Shown piece after piece: positions 39,181 through 51,384 of a DNA stretch of 64,000 nucleotides. Each line of letters opens with the position of its first letter. Position 1 is the stretch's first letter. The DNA comes from Octopus vulgaris (taxonomy: Eukaryota). The translations under genes were made by a program, and so were the position numbers. The DNA lies in the NCBI GenBank assembly GCA_951406725.2, contig OX597821.1, positions 56,234,001 to 56,298,000 of the forward strand, written 5' to 3'. The notes under the pieces are model-generated. The model made no database searches. It was not told where the DNA came from and saw only the letters and a list, made by a program, of their open reading frames with translations.

Positions 39181-42100
39181 CTGAAATACGACACAACATA
39201 GAAAATTTCAAAGAACTTAGCAACACCTCTTAAGGAATGTTGTTACTAAGAGCAACTACTGAATTAATCTGACGAGATTTGTACGATAGAGTATCCATTT
39301 TCGAAACACTTATACCTGTTACATGTGTACTGCAGAGTGAAAGAATCCCCTGGTGAACTTTGTTTGCCATACACTTTAGACTATCAGTTTTATTCATTAT
39401 CCTTCAAAGGACATGTCACAGCCCCTCATTTCTTTTCAACTAAACGCTTAGAGCATTTGTACCTAGTCAAATAGAACAATATTTTATTAAATTGGGGATC
39501 GTGCATTAGAAATAAACCTATAAATCTGTATATTTCTTAATTCTACGTAGCTATTATACTTGTGAAGTCATTAAGCTACAAACAGCCTCCTCCGATAGCC
39601 TCTAGTTTTGCACGCACATACTACTCCAAACTTACAGTATGGAATGGTTTGTGAAAACTGGGGGATGATCGGAAATTGTGAACTTAGTCGTGTCTTCACT
39701 AAAACAAATAATATTGTTGTTATTGATATCGGTTAATGCAGATAAGCCTGACCAATGAGAAAAAGAGGTTCCTGCTGTGGAAAATATTTTTCAGGTTCAT
39801 TATTCAATGTGTACTTCAATTTTAAGACTTTATATTGTAGCTTCAGGGCGATTTGGTTGCTTTTTTAGAGGTTCGTCTGCATGTATAGAGGCGCCCTCCT
39901 TTGCTCGGATACTATGCTGTTGTTATTCTTCTATGTAGCTCTAGATCAGCCATGTTGTAGCAGACTTATATTGACAGAAATTCTTGTATACATGTCACAT
40001 AATTTATTACATATTACGTTATCTAATGTACCTTTTAATTCCAAGAGCGTGAGCGGAGAGGATTTGGCTGCTATTTCTACAAGATCATGCAACCGCACTG
40101 AGACGCTCTTTTTGAAAATTTATATGTAAGTAACAAGTTTGGTATAAAAGAATGAAGTGACCATCGTGTAACGTCCTTCGAAGAATAAAACAATTTATTC
40201 TTATAGTTATACGTTCCGAATTCAATTACGTATAATCATCTTTAGCATACATCTCTTTACGATATTGATAGAAAAGGGAGAATAAGTTCAATCAGCTAAA
40301 AGCCTTCTTGTAACAAGTCAAGAGAATAAAATATTTATTTAGACTTGTCATACGTTTAAATTCAATTACATAATACCGATTTAGCCCGAATCTCTTTATG
40401 GAATTGATAAGATAAACGGGTGGATTAAGTCAGTCAGCTATACGCCTTCTCAAAGTAAGAAACCATAATTACCGAAGAGGCTGAAACATATACAAACTTG
40501 CCTTCTAACAGTTTTTTTTTTATTCCTTTAAATTCAGACAGAATTAAAGACAGAATTGCAGGAGCACCTTTAAAACAAACCCCATATCGTGGCCATTTAA
40601 AACGTATAGAAGCTGAATCTTCTCCAGATTTCTATCCACATGAGGTTTAAGAATCGATTCTATTATACCTATTTTATAGTTTGTTGGAACCGCAATAATA
40701 GACGTGTACTGTTGTAATTATAAAAGTTGTATTAGACGCAGTGATGGTCATAGTATGTTTTTGCTACTTTATAAAAATAAATTACACATTTTCTTCTATA
40801 AAATATATGTGAAATTTAGACAATGATAATTTCCGGCATCGAGATATTATCGAAGCGAATTTGGGTATTTGATCCTCTGTAACAAATAGATCTTCTAAGT
40901 CGCAGCTATATGGATGGAACAAATAAAGGATATATATATAGAGAGATATTTGTAGAGATAAATTCACTATATCATTTTATTTTAAATATATCTCTATCAA
41001 TTTCATACTCAACTTATCTAAAACTATACTAGTATATTCACTGTATATTTTATAATATAAGAAATATGATCAAACTAAATTTCTTATATAATATATAATA
41101 TATAAATTTTTAACATATTCCTTTAACTTAACTTTCCTTCATTAACACCAATAATTACCATTTAATAATTAACCATAAATATATGCTAAGTTAGCTTTTA
41201 TGAGTGTCTTTGTGTTCTAAAGAGGAGAATCTTTTTTCTTTCCAAAGCGTGTTGGCTTCAACGCACATACACGTAGATTGTAACTTTCTTTACACTTTGC
41301 TCTGAAAATATGTATTAAATAATAGATTTTTTACAATCAAAGCTCTGTTAGAGAAGAGAATCATTAAAATTCATACTTTTCAACTCAAGTCATTGGTGCA
41401 AAGAAGTAACTAAATCTGCAATTTAAAGCAGTGACTGAGTTCCTCTTCTTTTTTAGATAATACAGACTAGAGCATTGAATCCACTAATTCAAACACTGAA
41501 ATTCTTTACTGACAGGGAACGTATCAGTGAAATTCATAGTATATATAATATATGTTTCCGGTTATTGCTGTGGTAGACATCAATCAAATCCCAAACATTT
41601 CAATCTTCTTGCAAGAAAATCCTTCTTCATCTGTTTGCTACTTCTAGAGAAAAAGGAACTATTAGTGTACTTCTTCGATACTTCTCCAACTCCTGAAATC
41701 ACAGCCGATTACGAGAGAGAGTGGGGAGAGAAATAGTGAAGGAGATATAGTGTGAGAAACAGAGAGAGAAAAAGACAGAGGGAAAGACAGATGAAAGAAG
41801 TGACACCAGTACTTACCTGGTACATTATATATCGAAGTCAATAAAAAGAACAAATATAATAGATTCCTCATAAAATTGTTTTGGGAGGAGATACAACAAT
41901 GATTTACTAAGAACATTACTTTAAGTAAAGAGGGACCAGACGGCAGGGGAGCTTAATCACATGCTATCCTACACCGCTGTCAATAACCAGAAGTATTCAA
42001 GAACCATTTCAAAACACTAACAGGCAGGTTAAAACGGATTTATTTTCATTAAAGTATGACTGTTTGTGTAATTCCGTTATCAAATTGCTGTTATTAAAAA

Positions 42101-43133
42101 ATAATAATAAAACAGAAGATACTTAGTTAAAAAAAGGAAAATCTTATCTCTTCAGTAAGTTTAAGTACAACGAAGATATCTATTCAAATCTATTCAATGT
42201 CCCTAACAATCATGCTGATTCGCTGGAATCGAGCCATAATCCTACTCTATATGAAACTACTACTACTACTACTACAAGGAAATACTGAACTAAAATATAT
42301 AAGCATATGTTCTTTTTTGTGTTCTTTTTTGCTTTGCACTCCTATGAAGACTGTACCCTGATGCAGTGGTTTACTTTTCAATACGATTTTAAATCAAATG
42401 GCATTTTAACCACCAAATATAGTCGATTAATGCTGCTTCAAAGTTTTAACAAATATAATTATTTCCATTAATTATTCTTAGAGAATATAATGCTAGATCT
42501 TCCAGACGTAACACATCTTGTCACATTCTAAACTCGTAATAAGGGAACGACACATTACAAAACGTTTACAAGGCACACCTTAAAGATTGGAGGGTTACAG
42601 CTGGAATGCTTTTTATCCTACGTCTACGGGAGTATAGGAGACCTAGATTGAACCAATCAGTGCAATAATACGACGTTGAGATATTAAAGAAGAGCTGACA
42701 ATAATTTCTGACGATATTGCACCCGCCGTTTGTTTTTGATTATCATTTTCAGTTTCAATTTCTGATTTCTTTAAATCATGTTCTAGCCACTTATCTCTCA
42801 TCTTTTTATGAGTACCAACTGAAAAGATAAAGTCATTAAATATCTATAAGCAATTTTTATCATCCTTATCTCCTTGGAATTAATGTTCAATAATGTGTTA
42901 TATAATTGTCATAGAGTGATATGGAGTAAGATGATCTATAGCAACAAAAGCAATCATTACTGCAGAAGTTCCTTGTGTTACTTTAACAAAGCATACCTGA
43001 CAATTATTTTTTAAAATCCCACTTAGGAATGAAAATGTCTTTAAAAAAACATGAATTATGATACACTTGATACACTGTGAATTTATGTTAGTAACAGTAA
43101 GCCTTTGATGCGCAGATTTCAATAAATTATATA

Positions 43134-44488
43134 CAGGGCGTTTCAAAAAACTTGACATCATTTCGCAATCTAATAAATTTGCCAGTTCTTTGTCAAATGA
43201 CTTCAGATTTTAACAGCATGTGCAGAAACAGGTCAAAATATGTTTAATGTTTGATAAGTTTCTCTTTTCGGGTATAGAAATGGCATCCACTGGAAGAGAA
43301 AAGGTGTTTTGTGTGTTGGAGTATGCTCGAGCATAGTCGAACAAGACTGTGCAACATGCATTTGTGAGAGAGTTCTCTCTAAAAAGACACCAAAGGCAAT
43401 GCAGATTTGGACATGGCACAAAATATTCCAAGTGAAAGGCTATCTGTACTGAGCAAAAGGATCTGGACGACCACTAATACCGGAAGAGACAGTCGAGTAG
43501 GTTCGCCAAACATTCTTGCAAAGCCCCAAGAAATTCATAAGAAAAACAATTTTGGAAACGTAGGTTCCTCCAACGACAGTTTGGTGCGTCCTAAGGAAGC
43601 GCTTGCTAATGAAACCCAGCAAGCCGCAGCTTGTTCAGGTCATAACGGCAGGTGACAAGCCAAAGCGCAAACAATTTTGTGTTGACGTGCAAGAGGAACT
43701 TGAAGAAGCCCAGTTCAAGGAACGTCTTGTTTTCAGGGATCAAGCCACAATCTATACGAATGGCAAAGTCAATAAGTATGATATTTGCATTTGGGGCGAA
43801 GAAAATCACCATGCCACAGTTGAGTATGAGAGGGACTCACCAAAAGTAAATGTGTTCTGCGCCATCTCCAAGAAGCCTCTTCATGGTCCATTTTTCTTTA
43901 AGGAAAATGTGACCGGAGATGTTTATCTGCAAATGCTTCAGAACTGGCTAATGGATGAGATAATTGCAAATGAACATGAAGACCTCGTTATTCAACAGGA
44001 CGGGGCTACACCTCACTGGAAGCTCATTTTGCGGGCTTATATCAATGACAATCTGCGAGGGAGATAGATCGGGCGTGCTGGTGATGAAGACAATGTGCTG
44101 TTAAAATGGCCGCCACACTCACCTGACCCAACACCTTGCGATTTTCTTCTCTGGAGCTATGTTAATGGCCTTGTCTATGTCCCCCTGTTCCTGCAAACCT
44201 AGAGGAACTCGAGAACATAATCACCACCGCACTGGAAACTGTTACCCAAGACATGGTTGGGATGAGCTAGTCTACCGACCTGACGTGTGCCGTGTCTCTG
44301 GCGTTGCGCATATTGAACATTTGTAAAATCGTTCATGGAATCCACATACCTTCGAATTTCTCGCTCAATTTGGGAGGGATAAATCTTATATTGCTCAACA
44401 TTAAACCTCTTTAGTTTCATCTGCTTTAACTATGTAGTTTTTGTGATAATTACATCTCAAATGATATCAAATTTTTTTAAACATCCTG
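43134..44488 (+). mobile_element. Tc1/mariner DD41D (rosa/VS-like) transposon, full length, pseudogenised transposase
   Basis: TIRs cagggcgtttcaaaaaacttgacatcattt / aaatgatatcaaatttttttaaacatcctg with TA TSDs. Transposase MASTGREKVFCVLEY..., FRDQATIYTNGKVN, QQDGATPH, WPPHSPDPTPCDF; contains stops and frameshifts. Confidence 0.92.
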
Positions 44489-44763
44489 TATTTGATAATA
44501 TCGTGTATTTTACACAAGAAATCGGTTGTAGCATTACGTTTAGTAAACACATTAACATTGTAGCTAACAATGCATTATCATTTAGACGCAAGACCAGTGA
44601 GAGAGGACGTTAGTTAATCGTATCGTTTCCAATATTCGGATGATATCCCGAAAAAAGTAAGTAAACCTTGACTTCGATGGGATTTGAATGTAGAATGTAA
44701 AGAAAGGAACAATTACTACAATTAATCATTCCGAAGCTTAAACGACTCTGACGTCGTAAGTAA

Positions 44764-44981
44764 TAGTCCTTTGTACTATAAGCACAAGGCCTGAAATTTG
44801 AGGGAAGGGACTAGTCGATTACATCGACCCGAGATTTTCACTGGTACTTAATTCATCGACCCCGAAAGGATGAAAGGTAAAGTCGACCTCGGCGGAATTT
44901 GAACTCAGAACGTAACAGCAGACGAAATACCGCTAAGAATTTCGCCCGGCGTGCTAACATTTCCACCAGCTCGCTGTCTTA
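44764..44981 (-). mobile_element. SINE family A, full length, 13-bp TSD
   Basis: TSD acgtcgtaagtaa at 44751-44763 and 44982-44994; inserted next to an older degenerate copy (~44610-44750). Confidence 0.88.
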
Positions 44982-45259
44982 ACGTCGTAAGTAACAACGG
45001 TGATAAATTCCTACATAGGCACAAGTTTGATTAAACAATTGCTAGCCTGAATGTGCTAATTTGACTCTATCTTCCTATCGCCAGTTGTTTTATGTGCCTA
45101 TGTAATTGTTGGAAAATAAACTGCCCTTTACCCATCATCCTTTCGAAGTCAAAAAAAATAGAGCACCAGTAAAATTCTTATTTCGGTACTTTTACCCTTT
45201 TTCTGTCTTCGTGTCCTCTCTCAATCTTTCTCGCTCTCTCTCTTTACATATCCACCCCG

Positions 45260-45293
<34 letters not shown>

Positions 45294-46149
45294 GAAAACA
45301 TATCAGATTGATACGTTAAATCGTTCCCTGCTGCACAGCATTAATTTCCTCTGGCTTATTTCGATACTTTTTGTAGGATGCAAGATTGGGAAAGGTTGCT
45401 ATGCTGTCACTCAATTCTACTCAAGATCCTAGAACGAAAAGCAAAGTTGATATTGGCAAGATTTGATCACAATGCCAAAAGCCAGAAGAAATGCCACGAG
45501 CTGAGGAAGAACACATCTGGTTTTACTACACACTGACTATGTTGTTTGCTCTAAGCTTTTCAGCAGCTCAAAATTAACTATGAAAAATGCATATTACAGT
45601 ACATTCATAGGCTTCGCCAATTTAACAATATATCTGAAACATCTTGTGAGTAAATAAATTGTAAACGAGCAACTCAGTTCCGGCTATTATTTATTTATTC
45701 ATACTTCCTCCTATTTCATTATTTGTCTTTTATATTTTTCTTAGAACAATAAATTTCCTTAGTTCATGAGCTTACAGACTTAATTTCATGAAATTATTTT
45801 TGTGGCGTATAATATTACCAATTTATGGCACTGGAGATTAATACAAACGATAAGGCATCAATTTCATATGCGAAAGACTACTTTCTAAAATTTTCTCACC
45901 GTTGAGTTTTGTTTGTTCCATGAAGGTGTCAGATATTAATTTATTTCTAGGAAACACAATCTCTGTTTTGAATATTATTTTACATACTACTCATACAGAG
46001 TTTATAATCGGTTTTATAAATTCTTTTTTAAACTTTGGGGATATTAATATAATAGAAAACCACTAAATCGTCCAGAAGCATAAACACTACAAATATACCG
46101 TGAAACTTTGAACAGTTCTAGACTTCTTATTGCAATGATTTCATTTTGT

Positions 46150-46970
46150 TTTCATTTCTACCATACCTTTCCAGTCGAAGACGAGTTTATTCTCTTTCAG
46201 TGGCCACCTCCACCCTATCTGTTTAGATTTTGTCAATGATGACAGACAAGTGCTCCGTCACTTCCAGTTGAGATGTTAACCGGGAAATGCCCTTCATACC
46301 CCACAATGACAAAGTTTCCAACAAAACTACTTTGACTTTCTGTATTTTCTGCTCTTGCCATGTCTGAAGTGCCGGAATATCTGTTACATTCATTCATAGA
46401 AATATCGCTATGAACATGCAAATTCATCATGCAAATTCTCTTGCTGCTCTCTTTCTCTATGATTCTCTATAATTGTTGAGGAATTGATGGCCATCATTTC
46501 ACTTCCAGAAGCACTGATATCCTCAGCACTTATACTTTTGCCAGAGTTAACGTTCAATTTCTTTCGTCTCTTCTTTGATCTGCTCTCATCCACTCCTTTC
46601 ATTGACATTAGCATTCCTAGCACAACATCCGGAATTCTTACATTGATGACTTCATCGTCTTCTTTGCTCACTTCATGATCTGGTAGCTCATCCAAAACCT
46701 GTTCGAATGAAAAGGGTGAATTCTACAGTTCATGAACCCACTTTTCCGATTCTAGCGGGAAGTGACACTTTCAGGAAAGAGAGCAGCATGTAGCTGTGTG
46801 AGCAGAGCAGGAAAAGCATCTTTAGTTAAGGTCTTTGAGTTTTTCCTGCTATTAGCCTTCGAATAATTTAAGATTTTTCTCCAACTTTTTTTTCAGGGGC
46901 CAATATAACGCCAAGTCAAGTGGTTGAAGTATATTTGTGGAATTGAGCGGTAGCAGCTTGCTTACTGCCG
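46150..46970 (-). mobile_element. pogo/Tigger-type (DDE_1) transposase remnant
   Basis: Minus translation LPLNSTNILQPLDLALYWPLKKK, followed by a C-terminal basic/acidic region (KKRRKKLNVNSGKSISAEDI). Confidence 0.7.
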
Positions 46971-47147
46971 GAAATAGTGATCGGGGTTACTCTGAATGGC
47001 GTTCAAAGTAACCCCATTTCACGGTATATCACACACATACAAATTTGTACAGCTTTACATTTCAGTGATCATACGCACATACATACATACATACATACAT
47101 ACATACATACATACATACACACACACATGCATACATACATACATATA

Positions 47148-47182
<35 letters not shown>

Positions 47183-47187
47183 GTGTG

Positions 47188-47219
<32 letters not shown>

Positions 47220-47278
47220 TCCCTCTTTTCTTTATTCCTCCATGTTTTCCTTCTCATTATCCAAAACACACACACACA

Positions 47279-47324
<46 letters not shown>

Positions 47325-47594
47325 AAATACACATATGTACAATTCATCTTCATCCTATGAAAAGCTAATTCAATACCGCTTATATACATATTAAGGAACT
47401 ACAACATATTAAGGAACTACAACATGTTAAGCGCCCACAAAACTAATTTGTGTATAGCATTAATGACAAGAAGAGTCTTGACACTCTTTGATACTATTTG
47501 ACACTCTTTGATACTAATAGTATCACTTAGTTAACTTTTGCATACGGAATTATTATTTTTGTGTGTGTGTGTGTGTGTTTCATCGAATCACATA

Positions 47595-48003
47595 CTCTTT
47601 TACTCTTTTTCTTGTTTCAGTCATTTGACTGCGGCCATGCTGGAGCACCACCTTTAATCGAGCAACTCGACCCCGGGACTTATTCTTTGTAAGCCCAGTA
47701 CTTATTCTATCTAACTCTTTTGCCGAACTGCTAAGTTACGGGGACATAAACACACCAGCATCGGTTGTCAAGCAATACTAGGGGGACAAACACAGACACA
47801 CAAGCACACACGCACATTTTTATACATATATACATATATACGACGGGCGTCTTTCAGTTTCCGTCTACCAGATCCATTCACAAGGCTTTAGTCGGCCCGA
47901 GCCTATAGTAGAAGACACTTGCCCAAGATGTCACGCAGTGGGACTGAACCCGGAACCATGTGGTTGGTAAGCAAGCTACTTACCACACAGCCATTCCTGC
48001 GCC
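47595..48003 (-). mobile_element. SINE family B, full length
   Basis: Reverse complement of the 21950-22355 element. Confidence 0.9.
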
Positions 48004-48559
48004 TTGTTGACATTTCTTTATTCTTAAATCACTCTAATTGAAAATTAAAGTAATTAAGATGAAACTTTTGTTAGCCGATAATATTATGTTTGATTATGCA
48101 GTATTAGATATGTAACTAGAGATAATAAAAATACTAGAACAGAAATATACTTCTGATGAACCACGAAGTTTGGTTTAACTTTTTGGTGTATACTGGTTTA
48201 TTCTCCATCTGTATATCTAATTTACATTATTATAGATGTTGAATTTTAGTAGACAGTGATTTTATTAACACACAAACACACACACACACAACATGCACAC
48301 ATATATGTACACATACACACACATGCACACACAAAAAAACAAGGACACAAACGCATGCGCACGTGAGCATACACATCATAGAAGAACACACACGAAAAGG
48401 AAAAGTGTCACTGAAGAGGTCACAGGTATGTAACGAAAGATTTCCGGACAATGGATATGTGTTACAATAATAAAATAAGAACAGCAATGAACGAGTGAAG
48501 AAAAAATATATAGTACGCGTGTGTATCTGACAAAAAAAATGACCGTCCCGAAATAAACA

Positions 48560-48647
<88 letters not shown>

Positions 48648-48648
<1 letters not shown>

Positions 48649-48790
48649 CATGGTTCTGGGTTCAGTCCCATTGCGTGGCACCTTGGGCAAGTGTTTTCTA
48701 ATATAACCTCGGGCCAACCAAAGCCTTGTGAATGGATTTGTTAGACGGAAACTGAAAGAAGCCCATCGTATATATATATGTATGTAAGTG
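48648..48790 (+). mobile_element. SINE family B fragment
   Basis: catggttctgggttcagtcccattgcgtggcaccttgggcaagtg...ctgaaagaagccc; lies ~65 bp from the exon A donor. Confidence 0.8.
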
Positions 48791-48855
48791 TGTGCTTGTG
48801 TATATGACACAATTGTTTGCAATTACTTTTGCAAAAACACGAAATTATTGCTTAC

Positions 48856-49255
48856 CTGGTAAATAATGTGTCGAAGCAAAACCAGGACACTTGATGTTAG
48901 CTGTTTTATTCGCAAAAGATTTGTCCCAGCAGCCATATCCATCCCAATTTGAATGACAGGAGAGACTACTGGAATTTGTTGAATTATCATCATCGGCAGA
49001 CATCTTAAGCATTCGATCGCAGCATTTTACAGCATCCAAACTGCATGTCTTCCATCTTTCACATTCTTGTCTTGATAACACTGTACAAGATTGGCCTTTC
49101 TCTTTCTTTCGAAATAAATAGTAGAAACACATGAATTTCGTATTATTTTTAAACTCGTCGTAAGACATCAGTTTATCCTTGAATCGGCAGAAACGTACCT
49201 CCTTATTTGGACTCGTAGAAGTTTCTGTCTGGTTAAATGCAAGGGAATTGTAAAC
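48856..49255 (-). CDS. Class B1 (secretin-family, calcitonin/CGRP-receptor-like) GPCR, exon A: signal-peptide end, Cys-rich extension and first part of the hormone-receptor (HRM) domain
   Basis: Acceptor tttcatgtatttctag| at 49256-57 and donor CCAG|gtaagc at 48854-55. Translates VYNSLAFNQTETSTSPNKEVRFCRFKDKLMSYDEF...ECERWKTCSLDAVKCCDRML...CHSNWDGYGCWDKSFANKTANIKCPGFASTHYLP. CxxxWDGxxCW...CP is the class B ECD signature. Starts phase 0, ends phase 1. Confidence 0.93.
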
Positions 49256-49779
49256 CTAGAAATACATGAAAAAAGATATATATATATATCAAATAAAATC
49301 AAAAAAAGAAAACAAAGGATATCGCGGTACACGTGTTTCAAGCTTTATAAACAATCCGTTATTACATCAGTGTATTATTAAAGCTCTCTTCAGCCGCAAA
49401 CATTGTTAGTCCAAAGAATAATATCACAATATAAAAAATATGAAAAGTACATGTGAAATATGAAAAGTACATACCTTACTATGTATATCTACATGTATTG
49501 CGCTGACGATGGGGAAAAGGATCTATTTAAGATTTTAATCTTGAAGTTAGCTAATTCCCAATTAATCTGGAGTCTTTTTAAAATGTCTTCTCACTAACCC
49601 GCTTTCAATCGCATATATATATATATGTATGTTTGTGTGTGGGGGGGGGTGTCATTAAATATAAGGAGAAAATCTATATCGGAATATATCAAGTAGCCAG
49701 TGTGAAAAACCAGTTATGGTAAAACTTTATACAAAATTTATAATCAATTTATTCTCTTTTAAGTACATTTACAATATTA

Positions 49780-49922
49780 AGGGTATTAGTATACGTAAAT
49801 TCCTCACGCTATAAGGGACTCTTAAAGTCAAAACTACCTTAATGAACATGTATATTTATTATGGTAGTTTTGACTTTAAGAGTCCCTTATAGCCTGAAAC
49901 ATTTACGTGTAGTAATGCCCTA
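49780..49922. repeat. Palindrome with 31-bp perfect arms (49808-49838 / 49863-49893)
   Basis: gctataagggactcttaaagtcaaaactacc ... ggtagttttgactttaagagtcccttatagc, with imperfect extension outward. Confidence 0.92.
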
Positions 49923-49928
49923 AATATG

Positions 49929-49976
<48 letters not shown>

Positions 49977-49981
<5 letters not shown>

Positions 49982-50110
49982 ACTATTTTAAAATACAAAT
50001 ATAGGAAATACTTTAATCAATACAAATTTTAATATAAATTTTAATTTATATTAAAATTTTATGTATTGATTAAGTCTTTCCTTGTTTGATTTTACATCGA
50101 TAGTGGTTTT
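49977..50110. repeat. AT-rich imperfect palindrome
   Basis: aaaccactat...aatcaataca aattttaatataaatt [tt] aatttatattaaaatt ...tgtattgatt...atagtggttt. Confidence 0.8.
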
Positions 50111-50206
50111 GAAATTATATTATATAATATTTTACTATAAAATTGGATTTAACCCTAAATCTGATTTTTCCTGTAATTTTGATTCATTCCCTAACGTATT
50201 TATTAT

Positions 50207-50250
<44 letters not shown>

Positions 50251-50799
50251 CACATATACACACATACACACTCACACACACACACACACTATATATATAT
50301 ATATATATATACATATACATATGCACACACTCATTCAAACACACACATATGTGTGGTGTGGGAATATGTGTAAGACATGATGTAAAATTCAGGAGAGAGT
50401 GGTGTAAAATCCTCTGAAGATACACTGGATTGTGGGAGCGTTAGCCTCGAAAACTGTATTATACAAACTGTGTAGTACAGAAGAGAATGTGGGTTCCAAA
50501 CTCTCTTTCTCTCTTTCTTTCTCTATATCTCTCTCTATTTCTCTCTCTCATTATATGTGTTTGTGTATGTGTGTGTGTGTAACTACATGTGGATCGTTGG
50601 AAATTTTTCCCCCCGTCTTCCTTTTCTCCCGAACTTTCCGCTGTCTCTTGTATTTGAAGAAGAGCTTTGCTCGAAACGTAAAACTACCTTTCTCTCGTTC
50701 CTGTGTACCTGTTAATCCTTTGCATGTTCCACATCCTCGCGTTCTCGTTTATTTTCTTGTGTTTTTCTTCGTTTTCTTTTTTTTTTTGATTACAAGTCC

Positions 50800-51235
50800 A
50801 CTAGTGATCAAGTGAGACCACTTCATGAACCCTATTTACTGTAAGAAATATCTCACGTTTAGTCTCCCAGTCACTGATGTCGTTTTATATGGCTTTGAAT
50901 GCCTTCTATAGACCCGCAAGTCATTCCACATCTTCCACAAGTCAATCTTCCAGCAACAGCCTGACCTTCTTAGTGTTGGGACCTACAATTACGAGTGAAT
51001 CCACTGGTCCCTTATGCACTCTGCTACACATGATGCACGACAAAAACATATTGGATATCGCATTGGAAGACGGGGGACGCCTCCGTGCCCACGCTTGTGG
51101 CTGAGTAGGACTGCCTTTGAGAAGCCGATGCGACTACACTGGTTACACAAAATCTACTCTTTCGTGTCCTTTTCAAGCACAATGTTCACATCATCCATAT
51201 ATTTACAGCACGTTTCAACTTAGTGTATGCAACTC
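50800..51235 (-). mobile_element. Probable RTE-type LINE 3' remnant
   Basis: GC-richer, decayed coding-like stretch resembling an RTE C-terminus; no clean motif. Confidence 0.4.
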
Positions 51236-51384
51236 TGTTGCTATCAAACTCTTAACCCAGTAACAATCACGCTTTTCTGAAGCTCCCTATCTGATGCAAG
51301 ATGTTCCCAGAAGTCAGCATTGATATTGGTTTCTTTTTAGTTATGTATTAAAGGTTGTCTTTGTAATACTTGCCTGATTTGCTC

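Noticed and set aside
40208-40452. Two ~100-bp similar segments in tandem
   Set aside because: Likely old degenerate SINE family A remnants; nothing distinctive.
42997-43080. Minus-strand CIIIHVFLKTFSFLSGI ending at cag|gtatgc, TM2-like
   Set aside because: Wrong position in the gene order, no supporting acceptor and no neighbouring paralog exons.
47385-47520. Short 18-20 bp direct repeats that superficially resemble an array
   Set aside because: Only two adjacent copies each with no spacers; ordinary slippage duplications, not CRISPR (eukaryotic DNA, no cas genes).
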